Shown here piece by piece: positions 20,822-31,170 of a stretch of DNA of 45,486 nucleotides. The translations under genes were made by a program, and so were the position numbers. Position 1 is the stretch's first letter. Every line of letters starts with the position of its first letter. Source of the DNA: a virus (lineage: Duplodnaviria > Heunggongvirae > Uroviricota > Caudoviricetes); the IMG/VR virus record IMGVR_UViG_2597489870_000005; one strand, written 5' to 3'. The notes under the pieces are model-generated. The model was not told where the DNA came from, did no database searches, and worked only from the letters and a program-made list of their open reading frames with translations.

Positions 20822-22208
20822 TGATTTCCATCAACATTACACTCTGATTTTTTAATTCATCGATCACATCCTCTGGACGGGAATCCTGATCGATAAATTT
20901 CAACGCCTGCAACACCCGAACCGCATCAATCTGACGTATATCACCGCCCTGACGCAATGACTGAACAGCCAGCGCGGAGGATGAGTCAAACACCTGGGCA
21001 GATACATCCAGTTCAGTGCGCACATCCACATTGCCACCGCAACTCTCTCCGCTCCATTCCGCCATTATCTGGAGAATATTATCGAGGGCATCTTCGAGGG
21101 AGTTCGCCATTGTATAAAGCGGCGAGTGTTCCTGCATCCGCTCTTCATTAGTCTGATCAACAGATTTGGTGGATGTATTTTCAGCCCGCAGAAGTTTAGC
21201 GCCGGCATGACGCATCTGATTTTCCAGCTTCTCAAGTGATGTTTCGCCAGATTCTATCGCTGCGCCACTATGTTCAACATATTCGAGGCCATTTTTTGTT
21301 CTGTCCTCAAAAATCGTAGCCGTGGATGCACCAACCGTCAGTTCTTCATTCCTGTCCAGCCCGTAGGCCACCAGCAATGGAACGCGGGCAACATGAAGAA
21401 TATTGTCCTGCTCGCTCTGGCTTTGCCAGTGCTTGATATTCAGCAAGCCAAGATTAAGCAATGGCGGTGTACCACGCATAAACCCTGTTTTCTTCGTATA
21501 CAGTGTTACCAGAGGAATATCATCACGGCTGGTATTCCATGACTCATGAAGCATCCAGACAGATTCGCCATTAGTACCTTCGCTGCGTCGATAAATTTCT
21601 ACTCGACGGGGCATAATATGGCGGATCTGCTCCACCTTCTTCTGCCCGAAATCATCACCATCAATAATGATGACCTCTTTTATACGCAAATCAGTGAGAA
21701 CAACTTTCCCTTTTTCAACTTTCGATTTCCATCCAATAACCTGGCGTGGATTCAGCATCGTAACGTACGGGCGACCACCGGCCGCGTTTTCATCGGCTTT
21801 TGTCCGAATCTCGTTCATATCCGTTCGTGGATAGTCCACCAGCGCATGTGCCACACCATACTGAAATGCGAGACTGAAAAATTGCTGCGCCCACACATCC
21901 AGTCGGCTCCCCTCCATGTCGATATTTTCTGCATATTCCCTGATTTTTTCCGGCGTTTCCTCACTCAATACTGTCGGCTCTGCAAATATGCGCCCAATAT
22001 TTTGTTTGATGCTTTCTTCATACACAGGAAGTAACGTAGCCACAGACAGGCGTTTTTTATAAGCGTCTTCATCTTCATTAGGCCATTTGGGGAGATAATT
22101 TTCCCCCTGCCTGCGCATTTCAAGCGTACCGCCCATCAATGCGTCGTTAATATCCCACGCCTCCAGCATATCGTTATAGTCGAGGTTGGGTGTTGATATA
22201 TCAGCCAT
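20802..22208 (-). CDS. Portal protein
   Basis: 468-aa ORF immediately downstream of terminase large subunit. Confidence 0.65.
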   Translation of the reverse strand: MADISTPNLDYNDMLEAWDINDALMGGTLEMRRQGENYLPKWPNEDEDAYKKRLSVATLLPVYEESIKQNIGRIFAEPTVLSEETPEKIREYAENIDMEGSRLDVWAQQFFSLAFQYGVAHALVDYPRTDMNEIRTKADENAAGGRPYVTMLNPRQVIGWKSKVEKGKVVLTDLRIKEVIIIDGDDFGQKKVEQIRHIMPRRVEIYRRSEGTNGESVWMLHESWNTSRDDIPLVTLYTKKTGFMRGTPPLLNLGLLNIKHWQSQSEQDNILHVARVPLLVAYGLDRNEELTVGASTATIFEDRTKNGLEYVEHSGAAIESGETSLEKLENQMRHAGAKLLRAENTSTKSVDQTNEERMQEHSPLYTMANSLEDALDNILQIMAEWSGESCGGNVDVRTELDVSAQVFDSSSALAVQSLRQGGDIRQIDAVRVLQALKFIDQDSRPEDVIDELKNQSVMLMEINDANRE

Positions 22209-22210
22209 AA

Positions 22211-23521
22211 TTAAATCCGAAGTGATGTGACTCTTCCGGTCGGTTTGACAATAGGGAATTGCTTAACGATGAAATAACCTCCGGCATCATTCGGGTGATC
22301 ATTGCCAGATTTTTTATCAGGCTCCCCCTTATCATCCCAGACCTGTTGCTCCAGAGATTCGGCATATACCGGACAACGCTTCACATTAACTTTATAGCGA
22401 CGCTCACCATTGGCATTGCAGAACATTGCATTCATTGAGTTAACGCGATCTTTTACTGGCGGGTTCGAGCTGTTCACCACAACGTTAAAACCAGCCTGCT
22501 TAAGCTGGGCTATATCCGTCGTACTTGCGTTACTTGATTTTCTGGAATCCCCGGAAGCATCTGGATAAATATAAATTTCCCTCACTTTCCGGTAATCATT
22601 CCCATCATACAGCCAGAAGCGTTCTTTAATGATGCGGATCATATCCGGCGTATCGTAGGCATTGATGATTTCAGTTACCGCACATGGAAGCCCCAAACGC
22701 AGCACATGGACGATTCCCGCCATCTTTCCAACGTTAAAATCCATCCCAATATAAATCGGCTCCCCTGGCTGCTCCACTTCTTCGCAATTATTCAGTTTCC
22801 GGTCAAACTGATGGTAAACAGTACCACTTGTCAGGTTAGTAAACTGTCCTCGAAGATAGGCTTTAATCAGCTCTGGAGGGTATGATTCAAGAAGCGAAGG
22901 AATGTAATCTGCTGGCAGGTTCTTTTCATTATCGAAAGTAGATGCCTGCACCAGACCATACAGTGAGGCCAGCTCTGTTTTTTCACGCACGGCTTTAACA
23001 AACTGCTCGTAGACAAATTTGAATCCTTCCGGCGTGGTTGTAACGTCAATACCGTTGCGAAGTCCATCAATCTTATAACGCATACGTGCAATTATCTTGC
23101 GCCACGCCGTTCTGGCTTTTTCCTTCGGCAAAATGTCCAGTTCATCCACCAACGCATTACCAATTTTGAAACCGACGATCGTTTGTGGCTTCTCCATCGA
23201 TCTGCAGATAGTGGTTCCCCGATACTGGCGTCCGTAATAAAAGTGAACCTCTTTATTTCCCTCATTAATTTTTACGTTCAATCCCCAGTCAGCAGCAACT
23301 TCTTCCACTGTAGGGTAAAAAATATCGCGAATTTGGGGATACGTTGGCGCAAAATATCCCTGATTTATACCTGGATGCTCCCAAATCCCCTTGCATATGC
23401 CGCCACACCCAACCCATGTTTTGCCCGAGCCAAAACCAGCAATATAGGCTTTAAATTTATGGGGCATTGAAAGAAATCGCGCCTGAGGCACATTAAGCGT
23501 CGGAGAGATCATCTTCATCAC
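22211..23521 (-). CDS. Terminase large subunit
   Basis: 436-aa ORF with Walker A motif AGFGSGKT near N-terminus; canonical position. Confidence 0.85.
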   Translation of the reverse strand: MMKMISPTLNVPQARFLSMPHKFKAYIAGFGSGKTWVGCGGICKGIWEHPGINQGYFAPTYPQIRDIFYPTVEEVAADWGLNVKINEGNKEVHFYYGRQYRGTTICRSMEKPQTIVGFKIGNALVDELDILPKEKARTAWRKIIARMRYKIDGLRNGIDVTTTPEGFKFVYEQFVKAVREKTELASLYGLVQASTFDNEKNLPADYIPSLLESYPPELIKAYLRGQFTNLTSGTVYHQFDRKLNNCEEVEQPGEPIYIGMDFNVGKMAGIVHVLRLGLPCAVTEIINAYDTPDMIRIIKERFWLYDGNDYRKVREIYIYPDASGDSRKSSNASTTDIAQLKQAGFNVVVNSSNPPVKDRVNSMNAMFCNANGERRYKVNVKRCPVYAESLEQQVWDDKGEPDKKSGNDHPNDAGGYFIVKQFPIVKPTGRVTSLRI

Positions 23522-24587
23522 TCCTTACTCTGGCATCAACCACATTAATATTGATCGCCACAGGCTGGGGATGTTCATTATCTTCCACCGTTTCGATCTC
23601 TTTGCGCAGCTTCTGGTTTTCCATTCTGCGCCGTTCAATTTCCAGTTCCTGTAGCCGTTTATCTGCACATAAAGCCCCGCCAGCAGAAAACAAACGCAAC
23701 AATTCACGCCGGGCGGCAGCCTTATCCTCCAGCAGGATCTCAACGCCGAATTTTCCGAATTTTGCCCCTGCATATAATTGCCGCGCATCCCCATCAAGCA
23801 GAGTGGTATCAGCCATATAAAGCTGTCCCGTTCCCTCACCGCAGCACTTCGGGCAGTCCGGATTGGGTATGGCGTTATCAACAAAGCCGAGGCCTCCATA
23901 TTCCGGTTCGGGTTTGCCATCTCTGGAAGCCTGCGCCGCTGCCTTGTCGAATTCTGCTATATCGCGCCACTGGTAGAGATGATTCTCGCCCCAGCAATAA
24001 CGGCAGTTAACACGGCGAAATTGTGCAAGCTGATTGGGGTCGGCCAGGACAATAGCCATCAACTGACTCACTAGTAAATCCAGGTCTGCGGTATAGCGTT
24101 TCTGGTACTGATTGCGGAAGTAGCTGATAGCGCGAAAAACCCTGGCATTTCTAAGCATACGACTGGCGTTGCTGTTAGCTGTCGCACCTTGCCCCTCATA
24201 ACCGGCTAGTCGGTACGCCTCTGTCGGCTTTTTACCCTGAGCAACAAGCATCGCAAACTTAGCCTGCTGGTCAGAAATGCCGAATTCATCGGGACAGAAC
24301 GAAAATTCCTCCGCGTCGCCCTCATTCAGGCCCGCATCGAATACTGGCTTTTTTTCCTGAGATTTTTCGTTCCGCTTTTGTGCAGTCTGCGCAGATTTTT
24401 TCTGCGCACTTTTTTGCGCAGTTTTGCACATTTCTGTCTGCGCATTTTTCGGAGTTTTTTTGATGTAACGACGGGCTGTTGCGTAATTCAGTCCCCTTGC
24501 TTCACACCATGCCACCGGAGATATACCGGAGCGGGTGTATTCAGCAATATACTCCTGCTGCAACGCCCCCCAGTCCGGTCTGCTCAT
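23493..24587 (-). CDS. Terminase small subunit-like DNA packaging protein
   Basis: 364-aa ORF with N-terminal HTH-like segment and Cys-rich region; overlaps terminase large start. Confidence 0.5.
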   Translation of the reverse strand: MSRPDWGALQQEYIAEYTRSGISPVAWCEARGLNYATARRYIKKTPKNAQTEMCKTAQKSAQKKSAQTAQKRNEKSQEKKPVFDAGLNEGDAEEFSFCPDEFGISDQQAKFAMLVAQGKKPTEAYRLAGYEGQGATANSNASRMLRNARVFRAISYFRNQYQKRYTADLDLLVSQLMAIVLADPNQLAQFRRVNCRYCWGENHLYQWRDIAEFDKAAAQASRDGKPEPEYGGLGFVDNAIPNPDCPKCCGEGTGQLYMADTTLLDGDARQLYAGAKFGKFGVEILLEDKAAARRELLRLFSAGGALCADKRLQELEIERRRMENQKLRKEIETVEDNEHPQPVAININVVDARVRSDEDDLSDA

Positions 24588-24590
24588 CAG

Positions 24591-24842
24591 TTAGTCCTGA
24601 TTTTTATCCACCCTGAGTAGTTCGCGCAGAGCAAAGGCATCCCCTTTTCTGGCAAGCTTAAACAATGCCGCTCGTAACTCGGCTTCACCTTTCGCTCTGC
24701 CCTTACGGATGGCCGCATAAAAATCTGTCATTGCTTCCCGATTTTCTTTCAGTCGGTTCAGATCAACATCCAGAACGTCAGCGATTTGTTGTGCAGTCAT
24801 CCGGCACGCTGCCAGAGACTCGACTTTCGAATACGGAATCAT
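24591..24842 (-). CDS. Small putative DNA-binding protein upstream of terminase
   Basis: 83-aa ORF (possible start at MTAQQIADVL); translationally coupled to terminase small gene. Confidence 0.4.
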   Translation of the reverse strand: MIPYSKVESLAACRMTAQQIADVLDVDLNRLKENREAMTDFYAAIRKGRAKGEAELRAALFKLARKGDAFALRELLRVDKNQD

Positions 24843-25710
24843 TTGTCACCCCCATTGATATGCAGGGTGTCTTCTTCCTGTATTTTTCGTGAAGGATTTT
24901 TACTGCAGCGTTGTTCCAGGTGACCTGATGGTGAATGCGTTTATGGCTGGCACCCATCAGTGAGATTTTTACGCACGACGGCGCATACATGACGGAGTAA
25001 AAACTTTTAACGTAGGTTCCGGAATCCAGATACAGCTCGGTCATTCCGCCGCTGTTTTTCTGCGTCTGTTTCTGCCCTAACTGGACAGCACCGATCGTCA
25101 TAAACAATTCACCACAGCGACCGAGATTCGTGTACGTATTCACATCCTCGTTAATGCGCCCCATGAATGAGAACGGTCGATCAACCGAACAGATAAAGCT
25201 GTTCATTGCCTTGCGTTTCACCCACGAAGCATGGCCGCCATTGTCACCAAGAAAATCCCCGCCCTGCGACATAGCGATGGAAAGAGCAGGTATTGATTCG
25301 TAGTACGCCAGCATTTCAGAAAGGATCGCATCCAGTTTCCTTATCGGAAAATAGGCCTGGTCATAGTTGCGATCCACCCGAAACTGGAACTCGTGATAAT
25401 CATCATCGAGCTGAATGAAGTATTTACACCCGACCAGTTTTGCCAGGTCGAAACAGGCATTACGGGCGTAAAAAATTGAGCGGCGGTCACAGAAATTATC
25501 GGCTTCGTCAAAACGACTGGCGATATCGGCTTTGGAAAACACCAGCACCTGTTCACCAAATTCAGCCATGTACTGATGCCGTGTCTTATCTTCATCATCA
25601 ACAACGATAAAAATTTTCCCGGTATAGCCAGCACGACGCAACGTCCGGTAAGTCAGAACTTTGTCCGGTCGCCCGTGAGTCAGAATAAAGGCGCAAAAAT
25701 CATCACGCAT
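24778..25710 (-). CDS. Uncharacterised 310-aa protein with DxD-like motif (possible nucleotide-sugar transferase fold)
   Basis: Start MRDDFCAFILTHGRPDKV at 25710 overlapping ParB-like stop; motifs IFIVVDDED and IQLDDDYHEF; fold assignment is inference from motifs only. Confidence 0.5.
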   Translation of the reverse strand: MRDDFCAFILTHGRPDKVLTYRTLRRAGYTGKIFIVVDDEDKTRHQYMAEFGEQVLVFSKADIASRFDEADNFCDRRSIFYARNACFDLAKLVGCKYFIQLDDDYHEFQFRVDRNYDQAYFPIRKLDAILSEMLAYYESIPALSIAMSQGGDFLGDNGGHASWVKRKAMNSFICSVDRPFSFMGRINEDVNTYTNLGRCGELFMTIGAVQLGQKQTQKNSGGMTELYLDSGTYVKSFYSVMYAPSCVKISLMGASHKRIHHQVTWNNAAVKILHEKYRKKTPCISMGVTNDSVFESRVSGSVPDDCTTNR

Positions 25711-26494
25711 ATTCCTCCTCCTCACCACCATGCATGATCTCCACCATGCGCTGCGTCATCCGGACAAATCCATTTTCAATAGCCTGCTGATAATCAATGA
25801 TCACCAGCGCCGACTCCTCGAAAAAACACTGAATTTCAGAGGGGGCGTGAGCGTAATAGTCCGCAATTCTGCTGAAATTAAACACCGTGTGACGTTCTGC
25901 CGCACACAGGAGGAATTTCTCAATATCAGGCTCAAGGGACGCCGAACGTATCCGGCTGATCAGCTCCTGAGTTTTCGTATCGTCGTACAGTTCACTGATA
26001 TCCGGTTTACCGCCCGACGGCTCATAAACAGGCGTATCAATTTTCGTCGTATACGGCTCCTCCTCATTTCCTGTACCGGGCAAAACATCCGTCAACAGTT
26101 CATCAATTTCTGTCGGGATGAAGCCTGTCAGGGAGACATCAAAATCAGCATTGATTAGGTCCGACAGCTCCATCCGCAACAGATCTTCATCCCAGCCAGC
26201 ATTCATCGGCAGGCGATTATCTGCCAGGCGGTACGCCTTTTTCTGCTCATCCGTCAGGCCAGACAGAACAATGACCGGAACAGAATCCATTTTGAGCATT
26301 TCAGCCGCCATAACACGACCGTGACCCGCAATAATTTCGCCCTTTTCGTCAATCAGCACCGGATTAGTCCAGCCGAATTGCTTAATACTTTCTACCAGTT
26401 GTGCCACCTGCTCAGTACTGTGCGTCCTGGCGTTGTGCGCATACGGTGACAATTCTTGTAATGGGCGATAGACTATCTTTAATTTCTCGCTCAT
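25703..26494 (-). CDS. ParB/Srx-like nuclease domain protein
   Basis: 263-aa ORF with ParB N-terminal domain signature (…IIAGHGRVMAA…) and acidic C-terminus. Confidence 0.7.
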   Translation of the reverse strand: MSEKLKIVYRPLQELSPYAHNARTHSTEQVAQLVESIKQFGWTNPVLIDEKGEIIAGHGRVMAAEMLKMDSVPVIVLSGLTDEQKKAYRLADNRLPMNAGWDEDLLRMELSDLINADFDVSLTGFIPTEIDELLTDVLPGTGNEEEPYTTKIDTPVYEPSGGKPDISELYDDTKTQELISRIRSASLEPDIEKFLLCAAERHTVFNFSRIADYYAHAPSEIQCFFEESALVIIDYQQAIENGFVRMTQRMVEIMHGGEEEEYA

Positions 26495-26509
26495 ACAGCC
26501 TTGCTTTAT

Positions 26510-26545
26510 GAATAAAACGCACCCCAGCAGCCAGTGCTACTGGGG
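26510..26545 (-). terminator. Stem-loop with U-tract downstream of trkG
   Basis: Stem ccccag/ctgggg (26522-26527 / 26540-26545) followed on minus strand by ugcguuuuauu; 16 nt before ParB-like start. Confidence 0.5.
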
Positions 26546-26631
26546 ACGGAGGTGTTGCTGGTAAAGTTAGGTATTGGATCAATGAGTGAGTCAACATAAT
26601 ATTAAACTCACAATTATAAATCAGCCATATA

Positions 26632-28089
26632 TTAGGAGCGCCAAAAAAAACCTGAAAACAATATAATAACAGGATAAATTTCAAGGCGACCAAGAATCAT
26701 AGCTATGCACATTAAACATTTTGCAATGTCATTAAGCACTCCGAATGACGATGCAGTAGCCCCAAAACCTAATCCCATATTATTAATACATGCAGCCACT
26801 GTTGCAAATGATGTAAGAAAATCATATCCCATACCATTTAACACCAGTATAAAAAACACCGTGAAGAGAGTATAAAGAAAAAAGAAACTCCATACAGACC
26901 TCATTACACGATCTGTAACTATCTTCCCTCCTACATTTACACTCAACAACGCTCTGGGATGAGAAAGCTGATTTATCTCGTGTTTGCTTTGTTTGAAAAG
27001 TATAAGAAATCGAAGTGACTTAATTCCACCACAAGTTGAACCTATACATCCCCCAAAGAAACTTGACAACAGCAAAAACACTATCGTGTGCGTGGGCCAA
27101 CTTGCATAATCCTGCGTAGCTAAACCATTATCAGTGAGCATGGAGCTGGCAAGAAAAAACGAATGAATAAAACTTCCATGCAAGTCATACATACCTATAT
27201 GCCAGACCTGGAAAGAGGTAACAATGATCACCCCTAAGGCTATTAACAGAAAGAAACGAAGTTCAATATCTCTGATTAAAGGTTTTATCGTTTTCCTGCT
27301 AATAACAATATACCAAAGAGTGAAGTTGAAAGCCGATAGCAGGGAAAAAGAACCAGCCACCAGCTCAACCAAATAGTTATTAAAATATCCGATACTCTCG
27401 CTATGAGTTGAGAAACCACCAAGCGAAACTGTGGAAATCCCGTGACAAATAGCATCAAACAAAGGCATTCCTGCAAGTCTATAACAGACAATACAAGCAA
27501 TACCTAATAAAGAATAAGTTATCCACAGTGTCCGTGACGTATCGGCCAGGCGGGGAGTGAGTTTGTCATCCTTAAATGGCCCCGGCATTTCTGACTGATA
27601 AAGCTTTGCACCACCAATACCCAATAATGGCAATACAGCAACCGCCAGAACAATAACTCCTAAACCACCTATAAAATTTAACTGTGACCGATAGTACAAA
27701 TATGCCCGAGGTAATGAACTAACATCATCAATTACAGTTGCTCCTGTTGTTGTTATTCCAGAAACCCCTTCAAACAGAGCATCAATGAACGTTAAATTAA
27801 GTTCTGAGTCAATCCATAAAGGGAATGCACTAATAACAGAAAACAAAATCCAAAACATTACAATTATAATAAACCCATCACGGGTACGTAATTGAATGCC
27901 AGATTTCTTAGTTGTATACCACGCTCCGCCACCAATGCAAAAAAATATAACGAAAGTTATAAAGAAAACGAACAGGCTTTTTTCTTTATAAAACAATGCT
28001 ACAACCATTGGTGGCAACATTGAAAGACTATAGAGCCAAACCAGGAACCCACACATATGAGTAACAACTCTTACATGAGATGTATTCAT
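26632..28089 (-). CDS. trkG: TrkH/TrkG-family potassium uptake protein
   Basis: 485 aa from MNTSHVRVVTHMCGF...; polytopic membrane protein matching recalled E. coli TrkG (Rac prophage cargo); AT-rich. Confidence 0.9.
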   Translation of the reverse strand: MNTSHVRVVTHMCGFLVWLYSLSMLPPMVVALFYKEKSLFVFFITFVIFFCIGGGAWYTTKKSGIQLRTRDGFIIIVMFWILFSVISAFPLWIDSELNLTFIDALFEGVSGITTTGATVIDDVSSLPRAYLYYRSQLNFIGGLGVIVLAVAVLPLLGIGGAKLYQSEMPGPFKDDKLTPRLADTSRTLWITYSLLGIACIVCYRLAGMPLFDAICHGISTVSLGGFSTHSESIGYFNNYLVELVAGSFSLLSAFNFTLWYIVISRKTIKPLIRDIELRFFLLIALGVIIVTSFQVWHIGMYDLHGSFIHSFFLASSMLTDNGLATQDYASWPTHTIVFLLLSSFFGGCIGSTCGGIKSLRFLILFKQSKHEINQLSHPRALLSVNVGGKIVTDRVMRSVWSFFFLYTLFTVFFILVLNGMGYDFLTSFATVAACINNMGLGFGATASSFGVLNDIAKCLMCIAMILGRLEIYPVIILFSGFFWRS

Positions 28090-28226
28090 ATCTAAATATT
28101 CTTTCAATTATAACCACCTTGCTGCAATATTATGATTATACTGTATAAAATTTAACTCCTCTTAGATCTTACTTCACTGTTCCTTATGAAACAATCATCA
28201 AAATGAATCATATTGTAGTTAAGATT

Positions 28227-28703
28227 TTACTTTAAACACTGCTCGGTTATGTATTGCTGAGCACCTTCAAGTTGGGCCTGCATCATTACCAGTCGTTCCC
28301 GGAGGGTGAAATAATCCCGTTCAGCGGTGTCTGCCAGTCGGGGGGAGGCTGCATTATCCACGCCGGAGGCGGTGGTGGCTTCACGCACTGACTGACAGAC
28401 TGCTTTGATGTGCAACCGACGACGACCAGCGGCAACATCATCACGCAGAACATCATTTTCAGCTTTCGCATCAGCTAACTCCTTCGTGTATTTTGCATCG
28501 AGCGCAGCAACATCACGCTGACGCATCTGCATGTCAGTAATTGCCGCGTTCGCCAGCTTCAGTTCTCTGGCATTTTTGTCGCGCTGTTCTTTGTAGGCGA
28601 TTGCGTTATCACGGTAATGATTAACAGCCCATGACAGGCAGACGATGATGCAGATAACCAGAGCGGAGATAATCGCGGTTACTCTGCTCATTGTTTCCCC
28701 CAC
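28227..28703 (-). CDS. Rz: Spanin inner-membrane subunit Rz
   Basis: 158-aa ORF matching recalled lambda Rz ([31 protein letters not shown]...). Confidence 0.85.
   Translation of the reverse strand: MGETMSRVTAIISALVICIIVCLSWAVNHYRDNAIAYKEQRDKNARELKLANAAITDMQMRQRDVAALDAKYTKELADAKAENDVLRDDVAAGRRRLHIKAVCQSVREATTASGVDNAASPRLADTAERDYFTLRERLVMMQAQLEGAQQYITEQCLK
28286..28471 (-). CDS. Rz1: Spanin outer-membrane lipoprotein Rz1 (embedded in Rz, +1 frame)
   Basis: 61-aa ORF inside Rz with lipobox VVVGC and proline-rich tail as lambda Rz1. Confidence 0.75.
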   Translation of the reverse strand: MRKLKMMFCVMMLPLVVVGCTSKQSVSQCVKPPPPPAWIMQPPPDWQTPLNGIISPSGNDW

Positions 28704-29185
28704 AAACAGATTTCACGCTCAATCTCACGACGAGTCATGAGACCTTTCCATTGCTTACCGCCAGCATATGTCCAGCGACGTAGCTGATCACATGCGCCTT
28801 TGATATCGCCCTGGTTTATTTTGCGAAGAAGCGTCGATGTTCTGAAATTGCCAGCACCCACGTTGTAAACGAATGAGTAAAGAGCGCCGCACGTTGTTTC
28901 CGGTATATCGACTTCGATGTACGGGTTAATTTGTCTGGCGACAGTGGCAAGGTCTTTATTCAAGAGTGCTTTGCATTCTGCTTTGGTATACGTTTTACCG
29001 AGCAAGATGTCTTTTCCTGTATGCCCGTGACATACAGTCCATACACCAACAATATCTTTGTATGGTATGTAGCTGACACCTTCCAGACCATCGTTACCAC
29101 TTGGGCCAGTGATTAACACTGATGCTATAGCAATTGCTCCGCCACCAATAGCAGCAGCAACGGCTTTTCGTAATGATGGAGGCAT
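28688..29185 (-). CDS. R: SAR endolysin (phage 21 R-type lysozyme)
   Basis: 165-aa ORF with Gly/Ala-rich N-terminal SAR segment, matching recalled phage 21 R. Confidence 0.85.
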   Translation of the reverse strand: MPPSLRKAVAAAIGGGAIAIASVLITGPSGNDGLEGVSYIPYKDIVGVWTVCHGHTGKDILLGKTYTKAECKALLNKDLATVARQINPYIEVDIPETTCGALYSFVYNVGAGNFRTSTLLRKINQGDIKGACDQLRRWTYAGGKQWKGLMTRREIEREICLWGKQ

Positions 29186-29400
29186 TATTCACCTCTCGCA
29201 GCCTTGCGCTTATCTTCTTTAATCTTGAAATAAAGGTTTGTCAGGTACGTCAGCAGGCCAAATACCAGGCTACCCAGCACACCTATTGCTGCCCACTGTG
29301 AGGGCGTGACTTTATCGAGCAGCTGTAAAAACCAGTACCCGGCACTACCTGCTGAGGTGCCATAGGCGACACCCGTTGTTAACTTATCCATGGATTTCAT
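29185..29400 (-). CDS. S: Pinholin (phage 21 S-type holin)
   Basis: 71-aa [27 protein letters not shown]... matching recalled S21; two TM segments and charged C-terminus. Confidence 0.85.
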
Positions 29401-29510
29401 AACCCCACCTCGCAGACAAAGCGGGTGTAAATTGAGGGAATACTACGAAACGTAACAGACTCGGAGTCAGTGAATAACTCAGGTATTGGGTTATCAGCTA
29501 ATATCGAGAC

Positions 29511-29545
29511 TCAAAAAATGGAAAAACCCGCTCGACGGCGGGTTT
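29511..29545 (-). terminator. Rho-independent terminator upstream of holin gene on late strand
   Basis: Perfect 8-bp stem aaacccgc/gcgggttt with loop tcgacg, then U-tract on minus strand. Confidence 0.65.
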
Positions 29546-29972
29546 AAGCTGTGTGACGAAGTAACCACTCTTAACAGCATAACCAATTTTTTACGTACGT
29601 AAACCACTAAATGATATTTGCGAGAATGCTACCGAGTATTGAAAACACCACTACAAATACATAAGCAAATCTCAACAAATAACCAACAAATAATTTCCAG
29701 TGTTATTTTTAGCCGGTTTAAATTGAACCTTCAAATTATAGAGCACTTATAAATAACAGCCGTTAATATAAATTGGCTAATAGATTTATTTTTATTCAGC
29801 CAAGAGCCATGAATAGGATTCGATAGAAAAAAGTTCAGATAAAAATAGAGATCTACTTCACAAATCAAACGAGAAACCAAAACTTACATCTTGAAATAAT
29901 CACATTGATTAGATGAATATTTATCGCGCAGTGACATCATTTTTTAATAATAGTTCAAAAAAAGGGCTCACG

Positions 29973-31070
29973 ATGAAAAAATTAACAGTGGCAATTTCTG
30001 CTGTAGCTGCATCAGTACTGATGGCGATGTCTGCTCAGGCAGCTGAAATTTATAATAAAGACAGTAACAAGCTGGATCTGTACGGGAAAGTTAATGCTAA
30101 GCACTACTTCTCCTCTAATGATGCAGATGATGGTGATACTACTTATGCCCGTCTTGGCTTCAAAGGTGAAACCCAAATCAACGATCAACTGACTGGTTTC
30201 GGTCAGTGGGAATATGAATTCAAAGGCAACCGCGCTGAATCTCAAGGTTCCTCCAAAGATAAAACCCGTCTTGCCTTCGCTGGCCTGAAATTCGGTGACT
30301 ACGGCTCCATCGATTACGGCCGTAACTACGGTGTAGCATACGACATCGGTGCGTGGACTGACGTCCTGCCAGAATTCGGTGGTGACACTTGGACTCAAAC
30401 CGACGTGTTCATGACTCAACGTGCAACTGGTGTTGCAACCTATCGTAACAACGACTTCTTTGGTCTGGTTGATGGTCTGAACTTTGCTGCTCAGTACCAA
30501 GGCAAAAACGATCGTAGCGATTTCGATAACTACACTGAAGGTAACGGTGATGGCTTCGGTTTCTCTGCTACCTATGAATACGAAGGATTCGGTATCGGTG
30601 CAACTTATGCGAAATCTGATCGTACCGACACTCAAGTTAATGCAGGGAAAGTTCTTCCTGAAGTATTTGCTTCCGGTAAAAATGCAGAAGTTTGGGCCGC
30701 AGGTCTGAAATATGACGCTAACAACATTTACCTGGCCACTACCTATTCTGAAACCCAGAATATGACTGTATTTGCTGATCACTTCGTTGCTAATAAAGCC
30801 CAAAACTTCGAAGCTGTTGCACAATATCAGTTCGATTTCGGTCTGCGTCCGTCCGTTGCTTACCTGCAATCTAAAGGTAAGGATCTTGGAGTATGGGGCG
30901 ATCAGGACTTAGTCAAATATGTTGATGTAGGTGCAACCTATTACTTCAACAAAAATATGTCTACTTTCGTTGATTACAAAATCAACCTGCTTGACAAAAA
31001 TGACTTCACTAAAGCACTCGGTGTAAGCACTGATGACATCGTTGCTGTAGGTCTGGTTTACCAGTTCTAA
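29973..31070 (+). CDS. nmpC: Outer-membrane porin NmpC/OmpD-like, intact
   Basis: 365 aa from [23 protein letters not shown] signal peptide; porin C-terminus ...VGLVYQF; lies between Q and holin as in DLP12. Confidence 0.85.
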   Translation: MKKLTVAISAVAASVLMAMSAQAAEIYNKDSNKLDLYGKVNAKHYFSSNDADDGDTTYARLGFKGETQINDQLTGFGQWEYEFKGNRAESQGSSKDKTRLAFAGLKFGDYGSIDYGRNYGVAYDIGAWTDVLPEFGGDTWTQTDVFMTQRATGVATYRNNDFFGLVDGLNFAAQYQGKNDRSDFDNYTEGNGDGFGFSATYEYEGFGIGATYAKSDRTDTQVNAGKVLPEVFASGKNAEVWAAGLKYDANNIYLATTYSETQNMTVFADHFVANKAQNFEAVAQYQFDFGLRPSVAYLQSKGKDLGVWGDQDLVKYVDVGATYYFNKNMSTFVDYKINLLDKNDFTKALGVSTDDIVAVGLVYQF

Positions 31071-31086
31071 TCTGATTACGAAAAAG

Positions 31087-31168
31087 ATATGTTGCGGGAG
31101 GCGTTGCCTCCCCAACATATAAGTGGCTCCCTCAAGCCACTTCCTTTAGAAGCACAACCTTGCTTCTA
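31087..31168. terminator. Cluster of three hairpins between convergent porin and Q genes (bidirectional terminator; tR'-like on minus strand)
   Basis: Hairpin A 31087-31120 (core gggaggc/gcctccc, minus-strand U-tract), hairpin B 31121-31142 (aagtggct/agccactt), hairpin C 31147-31168 (tagaagca/tgcttcta). Confidence 0.6.
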
Positions 31169-31170
31169 AC

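Noticed and set aside
26412-26693. 93-aa minus-strand ORF spanning the trkG/ParB-like junction
   Set aside because: Overlaps the trkG 3' end, the intergenic hairpin and the ParB-like start in another frame; no independent support.
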